Shown in pieces: positions 22,838 through 34,500 of a stretch of 40,276 nt of DNA. Source of the stretch: Psammoneis japonica (taxonomy: Eukaryota); the NCBI GenBank assembly GCA_008632985.1, contig QPGO01000063.1, positions 372,001-412,276 on the forward strand. Direction: 5' to 3'. The notes beneath the pieces were generated by a model. It was not told the origin of the DNA. It made no database searches and saw only the letters and a list, made by a program, of their open reading frames with translations. A program made the translations under genes and the position numbers. How positions within the stretch are numbered: the first letter of the stretch is position 1; every line of letters begins with the position of its first letter.

Positions 22838-23666
22838 GTAGCTTGTTGTTTTATCGCCGTAGTATGGTGTCAACCTTGATGGACGCTGATTAATTGGCAC
22901 AGCTAGTCTATCGTGCTGCCGGTAGTCAACGATGCTACACGGCACACTCAACACACAAGTTGGAAAAAGTGAGAGGGTTGTTCCCTGGCGGCACAGCGGC
23001 AAAAGATTTTTGAGATCTGTTCTTTTAGCATAGTGATTTATTCACAACCCAATAACGATATAGTAGGACTATTTCGTTTTCCCATGTCCATGCATGGATT
23101 TATCTTTCGTTTCAAATTTTTTTAAAATGGTGGAGTATGGTAGAAATAGAAGAACATTTCTGCTATCCACGACCTGTGAACGTTGCAAGTGTTGCTGCGG
23201 TGATGCGCGCTTCGCTCGCGCATTGTGCATGGTCATCCAATTTTTTGTTTTTGAGGGAGGATTGGGAATGGTGCTGCTCAACAGTGCGAGAGCCAATCAG
23301 AATTTGTGATTTCTGCTGAAGGGGATCCTCGGAAAGTCGAGGACTTTCCGATCAATTGGTTGACAAACTTTTGGAAAATCTGAAGCAATGATTTGGGGGC
23401 GAGGAGGTTGGCACAAGAAGAGCTCCCTGAAAAAGCAGACACAAGAATCAGAAGATGACACGGAGACCGACGATCGTCTTCCTTTCATGCCATAGAAAAA
23501 CACAACAACACAGACTTTTCTCACAATGAGAAACAATTCTCTTACAAAAAAACACAAGAGAGAAAAGCGCAGTCTCTGCTGGTGCTTCGATGGTGGTGAA
23601 TGGTGTGACAGAAGAACCCTCTCTGCCAAAAAAAATGGCTGCACAGTGGCAGCTGCATTTCTTTTT

Positions 23667-24547
23667 TGGCAACATGGGTGCTCAATCCCAGAAATGCAAA
23701 GGGTCTTTCAAAATGAGCAAAAGCCAAGCACAGACATGCCAGAAACTGTCAGCAAACCGAGGGCTGCTGCGCATGCTGGTCAGACTGGTGCGCGCGGTTG
23801 ACAGCCACAGATGTGTCAGACAGACAAGCTCTGAACCCTTGCACTTGTTGCTCTCAGCTGACATTGCCATTCTGACAGGTTGCAGCTTTGTGAGGAGGTT
23901 GCATTTGTCTGCATTGCAAGTCCCGCTGTGACCCACACTTGGTTTGCAAGCCGATCAATGGCAACATGGGTGCTCAATCCCAGAAATGCAAAGGGTCTTT
24001 CAAAACAAGCAAAAGCCAAGTGCAGACATGCAAGAGACTGTCAGCAGAAAGAGGGCTGCTGCACATGCTGGTCAGACTGGTGTGCGTGGATGACAGCCAG
24101 ATGTGTCAGACAGATGAGCTCTGGACCCTTGCACTTGTTGCTCTCAGCTGACACTGCCATTCTGACAGACTGCAGCTTTGTGAGGAGGTTGCATTTGTCT
24201 GCATTGCAAGTCTTGCTGTGACCCACACTTGGTTTGCAAGCCGATCAATGGCAACATGGGTGCTCAATCCCAGAAATGCAAAAGGGTCTTTCAAAACAAG
24301 CAAAAGCCAAGCACAGAGGACATGCCAGAAACTGTCAGCAGACCGAGGGCTGCTGTGCATGCTGGTCAGACTGGTGTGTGCAGGTGACAGCCAGATGTGT
24401 CAGATGGACAAGCTCTGGACCCTTGCACTTGCTGCTCTCAGCTGACATTGCCATTCTGACAGGTTGCAGCTTTGTGAGGATGTTGCATTTATCTGCATTG
24501 CAAACCCCACTGTGATGCCACCCACACTTGGCTTGCAAGCCGATCAA
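23667..24547. repeat. Tandem repeat, three units of ~290-298 bp
   Basis: Units begin TGGCAACATGGGTGCTCAATCCCAGAAATGC at 23667, 23959 and 24249, and each ends GCAAGCCGATCAA. Confidence 0.93.
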
Positions 24548-25110
24548 GCCAGCATCATTTTTGATCCTAGAAAAGATGTGTTTTCTTGGTGCCAAAGATG
24601 ACTTTTGAGGCCACAGGACAGTGCTGACCTTTGCATCTGTTTAGTCAAAAGCAGATGTGCAGATCTCACCATGGCACACGCTTGCTCCCACAAAGGACAT
24701 CTCATTGACACCCTTGCTGAGATCACCGTGGCACTCCAGCCACATCCTCATTGCAACAAGGCACTTTCAAGAAGCACCTGAGCTGTCTGTGCGCAGTTTG
24801 ATCATTGAGCTTGACCAGCTTTTTAATGGAGCCAAACACACAGAATCAAAAGACAGCGCTGCTGACCTCTTGCAAGAGTGTGCACCACCAATTGTGCAAT
24901 CCTGTTGGAGACTAGAGACCACACAGATAAACTGCCGGCAGTTGTGTCTCTCATCCTTCAAAAGTTGCCTTTGCAGATCACAACTCCAACCAGTGATGAT
25001 GCTCCATCTTGTTTCTCAAGACAGATGTTGGGTCACAAGATCAAGGCTGCTGCTCTCAAGATCTGCACCCCAAAACCAGTCATTCAGATTGATGTTGGAC
25101 ATTTCCACAT

Positions 25111-25851
25111 TTGTCCACATGTGCAGCATGCTTGTCAGTGCTGGAGTTTTCTGACACAGCTTTTGCCTTCAAGAATGCGCCCAAGACCCCAGGGGCACTG
25201 TCAGCAGGATCAGGGTTGGTCAACATCTCTGATTTGATTGACACACTGCTGAACAACAGCTGTGCTTTTTCAAAAGCACCTCCTTTGGGTGGCCACACAG
25301 GCAGCACACCTGCCACAACTGTGTCTTTATCATCCAAACACTTGTTCAACCTGGATGCTCTGCCAAAGGATGTCCATCAACATTTTGATTGCAAGATTGC
25401 CAACAAAGCAATTTCACAAAAGTCACTTGTGCCCTTTGATGATGGTGGCAATCCACACCATTTGGGTGGTGCAGACTGCCTTGTGTTCTTGGCTGATGGG
25501 TCACTCTTTGTGACTGCCCTGGCACCAGATCACAAGGCACTGCTTTGTGAGCTGAGACTGTGCCATGACAACTTGCCACATGGCACACACCAGCAGCATC
25601 TGAATTTTCAGAGGTGCACAACTGATTGTGGGTGTCATGTTCACCCGCTGTGCAACCATGGCAGCAGTTGGGGCTTTGCTGTTGGAAGCCATGCCTCCAA
25701 TCACACTTCACTGCACACCACTTTGACCTGCCTTGGAGCACCCCCCAAACACTTGTGTGTTCATCAAACCCTCACTGGGTGGGCAGTCAGCAGATTGCTG
25801 CAGACCCACACATTCAAGAGTGCTTGGCAAGTGCCACTTGTTGTTCTGTGA
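25111..25851 (+). pseudogene. Possible gag-like retrotransposon remnant
   Basis: Tyr-free 246-aa ORF. HLNFQRCTTDCGCHVHPL resembles a GxYVHP-type segment I associate with diatom copia N-termini once H/C is read as Y. Weak recognition. Confidence 0.35.
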
Positions 25852-26844
25852 GCAGTTGCCACCAGGCAAACAAACTGCCAGTTTTTGCCAAAATTGGCCT
25901 TCTTGTGGGAAACAAGAAGCTGTGATTTTCTGGGGTCATTCAACAAGTGGCATTTGACTGGCTGCTTGCATGTCTGATGCACGTTGTCACAATTGTTGTC
26001 TGTGGCACATTCTAGAGTGATTGGAGCTGGTGTGACTTTGCGGAAACTCAATTTAAATGTCATCTGATCAAAGGTGTTTTGATTTGTGTGGTGAAAAGCA
26101 ATGCCTTTGATCAGATGACACTTCACTTTATTTCTCAAGAAGTTGACATTTAGATGCAGAGAGATGCAGATGGACAGACAGACTGACAGCAATTGTTTTT
26201 GGCTGGCATGGCACTGTGCTGCAAAATTTCTGCATGCAATGACTCTGACAGCCATGACAGCTCCTGTTCATGGTGAGTGGTGTGGAGCTCTTGCTCATGT
26301 GTGTGAGTGTCTGCACTGGCACCAATGTGCAGAGCTTCTGTGTAGATGGCTGAAATGTTTGCACTCACACACTGGCCAAATTGACCAACACAATGTGAGT
26401 CAGCAACAACATCAAGGGTGTGCAACATGCTCAATGCATTGAGGTCATTCCAGACATGCTCAAAGTTTGTTGAACAAACAACAACTGACCAAAATGCACA
26501 AAAAAATCATGCTGGTGTTGGGGTTGTCCAATGTGCAAACAACCTTTGGCACAACAGCAATCCCCGATGCGCTGCTCACAAGTGCAATTTTTGTAATTTC
26601 TCACAAAGTTGTTGCACATGAAATGTCATGTACACACACACACAACATGAGTGGGGACAAAGAGCCCTCATGCAAGGAAGTTGCAAAAACTGCAATGGCA
26701 GGTGGTGAATTGAGTCAAGAATCTGCGACTCTCAGAAATCTGCTGAGACAGATTTTGGGGGGAAATGGCACTGAAGACAATGCAACAAATGGAGCCACAG
26801 TCAGGAATGAAAGCAAGAACAATGGTGATGAGAATGCTCTTGAC

Positions 26845-27022
26845 ATCAGGCAAAGAAACAAGGTTGGTGAAGGGAAGAATCAGAGAAGACAGTTGGGGTT
26901 GGCTCACCCCACAAAATGGCCATTGACTCTGAAACTCATTGGAGCATGCTGTGTCTTTTTGCAGGAGATTTGTGATTTCACAAATCCAAACCCCAGGAGC
27001 AGAGAAAGTTGTTCCAACATGA
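26845..27022 (+). repeat. Diverged ~180-bp direct repeat, copy 1
   Basis: TCAGGCAAA...GGTGAAGGGAAGAAT...GGAGATTTGTGATTTCACAAATCCAAACCCCAGGAG...AGTTGTTCCAACATGA recurs at 28816-29008. Confidence 0.7.
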
Positions 27023-27199
27023 TCCTTTTAGAAACACCACAACCACATGGGAGAGCAGTGGCAGACAGCTGCCTGACCCAATGACAAAAACACTGAAGCT
27101 GGACAATGTGAGCAGCAGCTCAATGAGGAAGCAAGAGCAGGTTCAAGAAGGGACCACGGAAGATCCAAACCAAGTTCAAGGGCCACATGGAGGAACTGT

Positions 27200-27560
27200 G
27201 TGAGTTCACAGCACATGACAAAACAAACAGCAAACAGCAGCAAGCTGGGTTCTTCACAAAGACAATGCAAGAGACTGCCAACTGTGAAGGACAACTCTTT
27301 GACTCAGAGTGACTGCATCAAGGCAACAACTCTTGATCAACTCAAGGAAGTTGATTTCAATGGAGAAAGACCCACTGCAGCAGCAAGAGACACCAATGGA
27401 AATGCAAACAAAAACAACCACCAAGTGGCTGATGAATGTGGGCAAAGAAAAATCAAGAGTTGTGCGAGATTGAGGAAAAAGCACCAACAAAACAGGAAGA
27501 AAGCATGCGCACATTGACATGGAGCCAATGCAGTGATGCCATGAGAGGATCAGCAGCAGA
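27200..27560 (+). pseudogene. Copia gag fragment
   Basis: TLTWSQCSDAMR resembles the (Y)xLIWGQCSxAM motif of CoDi gag proteins. Confidence 0.5.
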
Positions 27561-28815
27561 AGCTGGCAATGACTGTGTGCACAGACACCGTGAAGGGCTT
27601 TTCAAGACAATTGGGCCACTCAAGATTTGTTGTGGGTCAGCCGCTCACGACCACAACAACAAAAAAACACAGACCATGATCTGGGTCACCCACCCATTTT
27701 TGTCCTTTCTCAAAGCAAAGAGGTGGAGCCACACAAGACAGCAGCATGGCAATGAGAAACATGCACTGGACTGCCGCAGAGCACCTGAGATTCATGACAT
27801 GAAATGCATGACACAAGAAGATGGTGAAATCATGACCAACATGATGATGACCAAGATCTCCCTGCTTTGCAAAGTGTTGGATCACACCACCTGGAGCTGA
27901 AGGATCCTCCTGTTGCTGGGAGACCCCCTGCTGATGTTGTCTGAATGTCGAGCTTTGTGCAGAAGGTGTTGAGGCATCATGTTCAACACTTTCACATCAG
28001 CCACCTCAACCTTCTTCATCACAACACCATGCTGCACCATGTTCCCTCTAAAGGTTCTGATGAAATTCACTGGGTGAAAGGAAACCTGGGATGGCTGTGA
28101 GACTTTGCTCCTCAAGCATGTGTTGTTCATCCAGAATTTTTGGCATTGGCTCATCACGCGCTGCTGCAGCAAAGGATGACAGCCCAGCTCTCCTTTTCCT
28201 CATTTTGTCTGGAAATTCTTCTGAGCATGTGGCAACAAATGGAGGGATCATTTGCAAATGAAGCACCTGATTTGGACAGGGAAGTCACCTGTGCCCAGAT
28301 GGCCAATGATCTGCTGCTGGAAAAAGCACATTTGAAGATTGAGCCAGGTCATTCCATTGTGGACACTGGAGGGAGCAGATGACAGCAGGAACAATTTGAC
28401 ATGATGTGACATGCCTGACTTTGAGGCTTCTTTGAGGTTGTGCTTGCTGGCTGTTTCGCAAAGGTGCTGCAGCAGGGATTTGCCACTTGTCAAGTTCTGC
28501 AGCCACCCAAGGGAGCCATGACCGAGAGTGTGGAGGACAGCGCCCCACCACCCAGTCGATGACATGAGCCATTGCAGGAGCATGTTGGGGCACAAAGGGC
28601 ATGCATGCCTGGTGGAGAACAAAAGAAAACAATGATGATTGATGGCAGGTCTAGCTTGGAAACTGCCAAGGAATCTCTCCTCCTGAGAAAATTGAAGCAA
28701 GGACAAACTCGGAGCAAAGCGGTGCTGGAGATGGCACAGGAGCTTGTTCTGCTGGCGAAGCTGCAGGTTCAAGGTGATGAAAATGAGAACCAATGGAAAC
28801 CAGATTGTTCTGGGC

Positions 28816-29008
28816 ATCAGGCAAAATGAACACAAGATCGGTGAAAGGAAAAATGTGATGAGAGGAGACAAGCGAGGTTAGCTGGCAGTTGAGCAGCCGT
28901 CGATTTTGTCACCCATCAGAGTGCTGCACTGTGTTTTCCAGCGGGAGATTTTTGGTTTCATGAATCCAAACCCAGGAGAGTCGGCAGATTGCAGTTGTTC
29001 CAACATGA
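28816..29008 (+). repeat. Diverged ~190-bp direct repeat, copy 2
   Basis: Similar to 26845-27022. Confidence 0.7.
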
Positions 29009-29331
29009 ACATTCTCCGTTTACACAGCACTGAGCACACTCACAAAGCTGCATCAGACAAACATCAGGTGCTGAGCTGGATGTGGAATTGAAACGAACAC
29101 TTCACCATCTTCTGCTTGACTTCTTGGACTGCGACAAACGCACCGCGCGAGGGCGGCACGTGAAATGACGCAACGACGACAAACGAAAACCGCATGCACG
29201 TTCGGTTCGTTTACTGTAGGCCCTATTAGTTTGCAGCAGTGAGAAGAGTGTCAATACAATCCTGAACGCAACATCGCTGCTACTGCTTGAGAGCTGGTCT
29301 CATTAGGCTACATCTTTTCTTGTGACAGTGG

Positions 29332-30244
29332 ATGCGGGGATATTCTTTCATTAGCTACGCTGCGTTTATCCCCAATCACACTAAATCAAGAATGATTGAT
29401 TCGCATGAGGTCGTCGTGCCCATAAATGCGGTGGTGCCTTCTCGTGAGAATAATGACTTAGTGTTGTCATCTCCCACACAAGGTCCATACGATTTATTGA
29501 AACCAGACTTGGCGATTGTTTCCAAATCATCCATCGTGTCTCCTCGTGAACCGCTTCGATTTGAATTTCAGGGATATTCCGTATGGTTGGAGTTGGAACA
29601 GATTGATTCAGATCTTGATCACGCACTTGAGGCCGCTGCACTTGATCATGGACTCGTGCCCATTCCATCTCCGCATGTGACGGTGCATTATGGAATATCG
29701 CATCTTTCAGAGACGGAGGCTCGTCGGCGGTTTCGGGAACAGCTCGACATTTCCTCGTGGCCGCCGCTGAAACCGAAGGGCGTGCTTTCGGATATTAGTT
29801 TTGACGGTGTGGATGGAGAAGAAATGGTAGGAACGCTTGCTAATGATGTGGAGCTTTTTATAATTCTGTGCTTACATCTTCATTTCTCATTGATGTTGTT
29901 GACTTTCGCATTCACTGCTGCTTTTTCTTTGTTCTTTGCAGGACATGGCTTGGTTAGAGGTGACGCTCAAGACCACTCAGCAACACGAGTCACTCTTGCA
30001 AAAAGTACGAAACGTGTTTTTTGCAAAGGACGATGAGCTCAAGCCGCCCTCTGGCCCATGGCTTCCGCACTTATCCTTGGCCTATGACAATCCCAAAGAC
30101 TCTCCGCTTAGTTTGCCGGCTGCCATGGGACTGGCGGCCCGCTTTCCTACGCTCTTGACGGAACGCAGAGTCGTGGGCATTGCGCTCTGGAGCAATTACG
30201 GGAAGATTCAAGAGTGGAAGTGTTTGGACCGAATCGATTTATGA
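29332..30244 (+). CDS. 2H phosphoesterase (cyclic nucleotide phosphodiesterase, CPDase-like), two exons 29332-29826 and 29942-30244
   Basis: YSVWL, PHVT and PHLS (paired HxT/S motifs). A phase-0 GT...AG intron at 29827-29941 joins the two ORFs in frame. The start could be 29392 instead. Confidence 0.88.
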
Positions 30245-30404
30245 CGCGAGGAAAACGCAGAGTTTCTCTTGTATTGCATTTGATTTATAATTTTCATACC
30301 TTTGTCAAGCACAACATTGTTCTCGTCACACAACGAATGGTACACCGTAACAGAGAGGGTAGATCAAAACGTCATATTGCTACCAGCCATTTCAAAAGCC
30401 ACGT

Positions 30405-31461
30405 CTACGTAAGATCGACATCGTCATCATCCACACCTCCGTCCTCGTCTTCAATCGACCTCTTCACCTTGACAAGCATGGATGTTTTCCACGGATCGAG
30501 TTTGGAAATTCGATCAAACTCGAAACAAGCCGTTGCAAACCCTTCACTGTCAAATCCCTCCACAGCCTCAATCAGCTGCACACAAAACTTGCCTTCACGA
30601 GACTCTCCAAAGGTATAATCCAGACTTTCATAACGAGAAACACATTGAGATGCAGCAATCGCGTCATTGTTGGCCAAGTGACAAAAGATGGCCTGCAGGA
30701 AGAACCCCTTGGCATTGTACTTTAACAAATTGTTATCCAAACAACGACGTCCCAAACCATCATAAATTTGCGCCGCACGCATCAAATCGGGAGGATCCAG
30801 CGCCGCCGAGCACAACTCGGCCACCTTGGCCAAGCACTGCGACGAGGCGCTGCTGGAATTCTCCATGCCATAGAGCTCGGCGGCTTGTTCGTACGATTCA
30901 ATCGCACAAACAATGCTGCTCTTTCCGTCGGAACCGGTAACGTCTTCTTTTTCAAACAACTCGGCGCATTCTTTCGACAGCTTGGCGGCTTGCAGCAAGC
31001 GACCGGCGTCCACCAACAAGGACACGGACGATTGGTATGCCGAAAGTGCTTCGCTGGGACTGCTCTTTTTGTAACAACCTCCTGGTGATATTGAATAGAA
31101 TAATTGCAATAATATTAGAAATCGACAGTATGTTTGAATAACAAAATTCAATTGAACACAACAGCAACATCATCTTCCTTTCATACTACTACTCACCCGC
31201 ATTGGATAGGCACTTGCTCGCTTCATTCAAATTCTTGAGCTTATCACGATACAGTTCTGCCGCCTTGACGTAGGCGTTTCCGGCTTCGTGGTGAAAGCCA
31301 CCCACCTTGAAGGCGTTGGCGGCCTTTTCGTACAGCTCCGCCGCGTCCTCGTATTTTCGTTCCTTGCTTGATGCCAACCACGTGGATTTACCAAGAGTCT
31401 TTTCGGCATCAGCCAAAAAGGCATCGCCCTTGGCCTTTTGTTGTTTGCCAATCAAGGACAT
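30405..31461 (-). CDS. SEC17: Alpha-soluble NSF attachment protein (alpha-SNAP/Sec17), exons 31461-31197 and 31081-30405
   Basis: KYEDAAELYEKAANAFK, NNLLKYNAKGFF, FGESREGKF, FDRISKLDPWKTSML and C-terminal DLT. Intron GTGAGT...CAG at 31196-31082 keeps the frame. Confidence 0.95.
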
Positions 31462-32510
31462 GGCGTGACCAAGGGGTAGGTGGGAGTGTCGGAGTGTTTC
31501 GGGCGGGGAAATGCCCACTCGAAATCTCAAAGGCATCATTATTTCATTCAATGCGAAGCACGCGATTGCGATTGTCGCGCAGAGGCTCACGGTGGAGTGT
31601 GCATTCCCTTTTCTCGTGACTGTAGATCTATGTTCATGCAACCATGAATGATTTCGACGCAATGGACAGCTTGACGAGTTTCATTTTTGGTATGCCAGTA
31701 GAAATTCAATATGTTTCTACATTCGACAGTTTCTCATACATGCGTACGAAAATCACGAACTCTGCGAGCTCCAACACGAGAATAACACGAAGCACGAAGA
31801 GGCATCGACAGAGCTAATGGCGTTGCTAATACACTGTGAATGCTGAGTGAAAATGCCAACACGTTATTGTCACATAGCATATAGATGATTGGTCTATCAA
31901 CAGACAAAATAAATCGCCTTCAAAGCTGGTCAGCAGCTTCAATGGACTGCACAGCTGTTTGCGTGTTGTCAGGTCGTCTGCGTCGCCCACTTTGAATCAT
32001 TCTCAGATCACAACCACAGCCAACTCCTCCACCAATGTTGCTGATATCTTCTCTATCAAGTTATTGTTCAATTCCACCAATGTTCTCTGCAGTAGAAGAG
32101 CAAATGACAAGACTTCCAGCTCGCCCAACAAGATGACAATGCCGCCGACTTGACAACGCTCCAGCATTTCTATTTCAGTCATAGATTTGTCATGTGACTG
32201 GTTAACATCCACAACCAGTGATCGTTTCAGAAGCATTGCTTGTTTGTGCCCACAAAGCAGAGCCATCTAAACTGCTGCTGCATGGAGAAAAGGACAACAA
32301 AGCAACCACTCGCAGTTCCTGCCACAGAGAGCAACATTTTCAGAGACAGCCCTCCTTGGGATCAGGCTAAATTCACTGTCATGCCACCAATTTAAGCTCT
32401 TCTCAGTTATCCATGCCGGTTGTGTTTGCCACAACACTGCTCAAGTAACTTCCAATGGGGCCAACGCGTCATTTGCTTTTCTTGCATCCACAGAAACACA
32501 TTCAAGGTGA

Positions 32511-32846
32511 GTCCTCCTTGGGCTCCAGCTAACTCCACCGTCATGCCACCACATTGGGAACTGCTGAGTGTTCCATACCGCATGCTAACGTCATAAAATA
32601 CCTCTAAAGATACTTCAAATAGGGCCAATACATCGTCACAATTCCAACACCGACCATTGCACGTCGCACCGGTGCGTCATGTTGACAAGTCCTCCTTGGG
32701 CTCCAGCCAACTCCACCGTCATGCCACCACATTGGGAACGGCTGAGTCTTCCATACCGCATGCTAACGTCATAACACCGCTAAAGATACTTCAAATAGGG
32801 CCAATGCATCGTCACAATTCCAACACCGACCATTGTACATACGTCG
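32511..32846. repeat. Tandem repeat, two ~178-bp units, plus a diverged partial unit at ~32351-32396
   Basis: GTCCTCCTTGGGCTCCAGC(T/C)AACTCCACCGTCATGCCACCACATTGGGAAC starts at 32511 and 32689. Confidence 0.9.
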
Positions 32847-34500
32847 TGTTGATGGGTCCAACGGCGTCTTTTCATGGCGAAACAAAACCCCTGCAACTCT
32901 GTCACGACCGGTCATTTTATTGAACCAATTGTCAGCAATGTTCTAAAACTCCGTGGTAAGGGAGATGTGATGTGGCAAGATAGCGTCAGAGTACAAACAA
33001 CGCCGTCGTATCATCACCATTGTGAGTGCGGCATGCACGGGTAGGTCGCCGTACAAATTTGAATGAGCTGATGGGTCCAACTGCCATTTCAGTACAAACT
33101 AACGTAGAAACTTGCATGCACAGATCTACACAACTTTGCACTGGCACACCAAAAATGAACTCGGCAAGCTGTCCATGTTTTCGATCACTTTTCTGGAGCT
33201 CTGCTCCTCTCACATTTTCTAGAAACACTCTTTTGTGCAAGGCGTTGCCATTCACTGGCTTGTCACAGCTTGTCTTTCCTGTCCAAAAGAGAGTTGTTCA
33301 CCCCCCGCCCCCAGCTGCTTTCACAGGCAAGACCTTCTTTTCTCTCTTTTTTTTTTGTCAGTCATGGGCAGCGCTGGTGAGTGCATGGTTTCAATTGATG
33401 TGCTGTTTTTGCACTTTCTTGAAAAAGCTCACCAGTTCTTCATTGTCTGTTTGTTGTGCCACAGGGCAACATGGCACCAACAACTGCATCATGTTGAGAG
33501 GTGTCTCCAGCAATGCTGCCTTCTTGGCAGGAGCACGAGTGCAGCACAGCTGCAGTTTGTCAAACACTGTGTGGCTCTGAGCTGAACATTCTTGACCTTG
33601 GTGCATGGATGACATTGCAGTTGTTTTTTTAAAAAAAGAAGACCATCATGGCAATTGCACATCCACAGACACTTTCACCAATGCCACCATGAAAGCTTGA
33701 AAAAAATTGCAGCAGTGCTCCTCCTCTTGTTTTTCAAAAAATGCAAGGATTCGAGAGGGCTGAGGATGGGTGAGTGCAAACAGTCAATGAATGACAAGTC
33801 CCATGACATGAATTGGCAAGTTCAAACATGAGAGGCACTGGCATGCTAGAGCCAATGTTGTCAGTCCACACTTGACCACACCGTTGCTTGGCTTCTCCAA
33901 CTTTTGCCGCAAGGGCAATGGAGCTGTCAATCTGATCTCAATTTGCCTGAGTTCAAGCAACAACTCAACCTCAATGAGCTTGCATTCAAGTGTGGATTCT
34001 TGCCCAAACAGAGACCAACTTATCCTGAATCCAACGGCTTAGATGGGCAAGCATTCAAACAACACTGCTGATGTTTTTGCAGGCAAGAAGTGAGCCCCCT
34101 TGCTTTGAGGCTTTTCAATGCTCAACGAACTTTGAAACAAGAGGCAATCAAAAAACAGAGATGAGGTCTGAAATTAAAGAGTTTGCTTTTGCAGTTCATC
34201 AACTGTAAAATGCTTTTAGCCAGCACAAGAAAAGTGAAGTTGTGACAGCACAAAGAGTGGCAGGCCAGTTGACTCACAACTTTGCCATGCAAGAGACTGA
34301 TCCAAACATGAAGAGGATTAAACATTGCTTTGTCTGCTTCTTGCACCAGGCATGGTGCCCAAACCAAGGTAAAACTGCAGCTGCATGTGCATCAGCCCAC
34401 AAGAAGCCCCAGAGGCACACTTGTGTCTGGCTGGATCAGAGTTGCTGTCACTTTTGTTGTTTCCATTCACAATGGCCACACAAAACTGGCCAAACAAGGT

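Noticed and set aside
23170..23660. Possible Helitron or other DNA-element end (GCGCGCTTCGCTCGCGC motif)
   Set aside because: No matching second terminus, hairpin-CTRR end or TSD could be identified.
31462..31662. N-terminal extension of alpha-SNAP in the ORF track
   Set aside because: Similarity to alpha-SNAP starts at MSLIGKQQK (ATG 31461); the upstream part is more likely 5' UTR or promoter.
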